Below are positions 6,562 through 7,878 of a DNA stretch of 7,878 bases, piece by piece. How positions within the stretch are numbered: position 1 is the first letter of the stretch; the number at the start of each line of letters is the position of its first letter. Origin of the DNA: Promethearchaeota archaeon (GTDB lineage Archaea > Asgardarchaeota > Odinarchaeia > Odinarchaeales > JBHLKK01); NCBI GenBank assembly GCA_048939465.1, contig JBHLPL010000090.1, positions 1 through 7,878 of the forward strand, in the 5' to 3' direction. Below the pieces are notes generated by a model. It ran no database searches, was not told the origin of the DNA, and saw only the letters and a list, made by a program, of their open reading frames with translations. The position numbers and the translations under genes were made by a program.

Positions 6562-7461
6562 GTGTTGAAAGGCGCACATTTTCTTCTGACTTATGCCTGT
6601 AATCTGGAATGTGACCATTGCTTTGTATACAGCGGCCCTAACGTTGAGGGAACCTTTACTCTGAAGCAAATCAGAAGTGTTCTTGATGAGCTGGCCAAGA
6701 TCGGGACAGTGAAGCATGTATATTTTGAGGGGGGCGAACCATTTCTTTTCTATCCTCTGATGCTCGAGGGAATTAGACTCGCTCAGGATCTTGGGTTTAA
6801 AACCGGAGTCGTAACTAACGCATACTGGGCGATTTCTGAAGAGGATGCTGAGCTTTGGCTAGCCCCACTCCACAAACTGAGAGTTGCAGATATCAGTATC
6901 AGCGATGATCTATTTCATTATGAAAATGAAAAGTCAAACCCTGCTAGACTTGCTTTGAAAGCTGGAAGGAAGTTAGGGATGCCCGCCAGCGTGATAACGA
7001 TTGAAAGACCCGTAGTGGAGAGCATAGACAAGGAACAGCCCAGAGGAAAACCAGTTGTTGGAGGAACCGTCATGTTCAGAGGAAGAGCGGTTGAGAAGCT
7101 GATCGAAGGCCTTCCTAAAAGACCGTGGGAGGAATTCACAGAATGCCCATACGAGGACTTAGAAAATCCCGAAAGGGTACATCTTGATCCATTTGGCGAA
7201 GTCCACATATGTCAGGGATTAAGCATGGGTAACATGTGGAAAACCCCTCTGTCAAAAATCATTGAAACTTATGATGCAAGTTCCCACCCCATTTGCGGAC
7301 CTCTGGTTAGGGGAGGACCTGCTCGTTTAGCCAAAGAATACGATCTTAAGCATGACGATGAATATGTCGATGCTTGTCACTTCTGCTATCTTATTCGGAA
7401 GGAACTATTGACTTCTTTTCCGAGGTACCTTGCACCGCGGCAGGTTTATGGACTTGATTAG
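6562..7461 (+). CDS. Radical SAM protein with C-terminal twitch/SPASM-like auxiliary-cluster cysteines
   Basis: It has C13-x3-C17-x2-C20 (CNLECDHC), GGEPFL, VTNAYWA, ISDDLFH and FRGRA. The C-terminal Cys are C195, C217, C245, C272 and C275. The GTG (or TTG 6565) start follows GAAGGGGGAG. Confidence 0.93.
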   Translation: MLKGAHFLLTYACNLECDHCFVYSGPNVEGTFTLKQIRSVLDELAKIGTVKHVYFEGGEPFLFYPLMLEGIRLAQDLGFKTGVVTNAYWAISEEDAELWLAPLHKLRVADISISDDLFHYENEKSNPARLALKAGRKLGMPASVITIERPVVESIDKEQPRGKPVVGGTVMFRGRAVEKLIEGLPKRPWEEFTECPYEDLENPERVHLDPFGEVHICQGLSMGNMWKTPLSKIIETYDASSHPICGPLVRGGPARLAKEYDLKHDDEYVDACHFCYLIRKELLTSFPRYLAPRQVYGLD

Positions 7462-7586
7462 TGACGAGAAACCGTTATATTATGCAAGAAGCTTTGCCTA
7501 AGGACTGGATCAAACTGTTTTCAGGCAGAATTACTGCCCCCAGGAACAGAGTCCTGCAATTATTGCAGGGAGCCTTCCCGAATTGA
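7461..7586 (+). CDS. Possible short peptide (41 aa from GTG; 34 aa from ATG 7482) overlapping the radical SAM stop
   Basis: The TAGTG stop/start overlap gives VTRNRYIMQEALPKDWIKLFSGRITAPRNRVLQLLQGAFPN*. I recognise no homology, and it could be a chance ORF. Confidence 0.2.
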   Translation: MTRNRYIMQEALPKDWIKLFSGRITAPRNRVLQLLQGAFPN

Positions 7587-7711
7587 GGGCGACATAATGG
7601 TTAATTATAAATATCTGAATGACCATATTGCTTATATTCAGATTTTTTGAAACGATTTTAGCGTTTCCGTGATATCCAAGCAATTATCCCCTTTACCTCA
7701 ATATAAGCAAT
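7501..7711. repeat. Cluster of inverted repeats in the intergenic region
   Basis: Nested stem AGGACT/AGTCCT, CTGTT/AACAG and GGCAG/CTGCC (7501-7555). CCTGCAAT-T-ATTGCAGG (7553-7569). ATCTGAAT/ATTCAGAT followed by a T run (7613-7648). GAAACG/CGTTTC (7649-7667). Perfect 12-bp arms ATTGCTTATATT/AATATAAGCAAT (7627-7638 and 7700-7711). Confidence 0.5.
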
Positions 7712-7853
7712 CAGTCCAGACCAGAAAAACACTCAATGACAGTTTGGTCCTATACAAAGCGATTGAACCGGTCAATCCTGAAGATAAGGAATGTAAGGGT
7801 TCAGGATAGAGAAAAGCTAAGATACGGGAAATCTTAAGGAGGAATATCTGGAA

Positions 7854-7878
7854 ATGTCTGTAGGGGAAATATCCAAGA
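7854..7878 (+). CDS. Probable start of a CDS running off the right edge (MSVGEISK...)
   Basis: AAGGAGG at 7836-7842 precedes ATG 7854, and an in-frame stop lies upstream at 7818. Only 8 codons are visible. Confidence 0.35.

Noticed and set aside
1067-7208. Remaining short ORFs in the track (e.g. 1067..1348, 1555..1746, 1610..1801, 1805..2014, 2107..2310, 2180..2536, 2211..2429, 3483..3707, 3926..4117, 4033..4323, 4172..4414, 4833..5021, 5229..5414, 5293..5670, 5586..5768, 5725..5967, 5936..6199, 5980..6174, 6227..6472, 6496..6717, 6918..7208)
   Set aside because: They are shadow or antisense ORFs overlapping well-supported genes or regulatory DNA, with no recognisable motifs.
7669-7878. Plus-strand frame interrupted only by TAG codons (possible pyrrolysine readthrough)
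   Set aside because: The translated product is unrecognisable, no pyl genes are in view, and TAG serves as an ordinary stop for neighbouring genes.
1-7878. CRISPR array, IS/transposase, tRNA, rRNA, SECIS
   Set aside because: I found no regularly spaced direct repeats, transposase ORF, cloverleaf or rRNA-like sequence, and no gene has an in-frame TGA that would need a SECIS.

Overview
This is a protein-coding window with archaeal hallmarks: GGTGA/AGGAGG ribosome-binding sites, TTTATATA/TTTAAATA TATA boxes and several TTG/GTG starts. The ArsR-like regulator resembles Bathyarchaeia-type proteins, but that lineage call is inference from memory. From left to right the genes are: an MFS transporter (-, runs off the left edge and is missing from the ORF track), a possible small ORF behind a TATA box and palindrome, an ArsR-like winged-helix regulator (+), an ICMT/PEMT-family membrane methyltransferase (-), a trans-isoprenyl diphosphate synthase with several non-canonical motif residues (+), a PceA-like reductive dehalogenase with no Tat signal or RdhB anchor (+), rubrerythrin (-), a radical SAM enzyme with a twitch-like C-terminal Cys set (+), an intergenic stretch rich in inverted repeats, and the probable start of another CDS. 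I found no rRNA, tRNA, CRISPR array or mobile element. The most notable observations are the compact, apparently cytoplasmic archaeal RdhA and the atypical prenyl synthase directly upstream of it.
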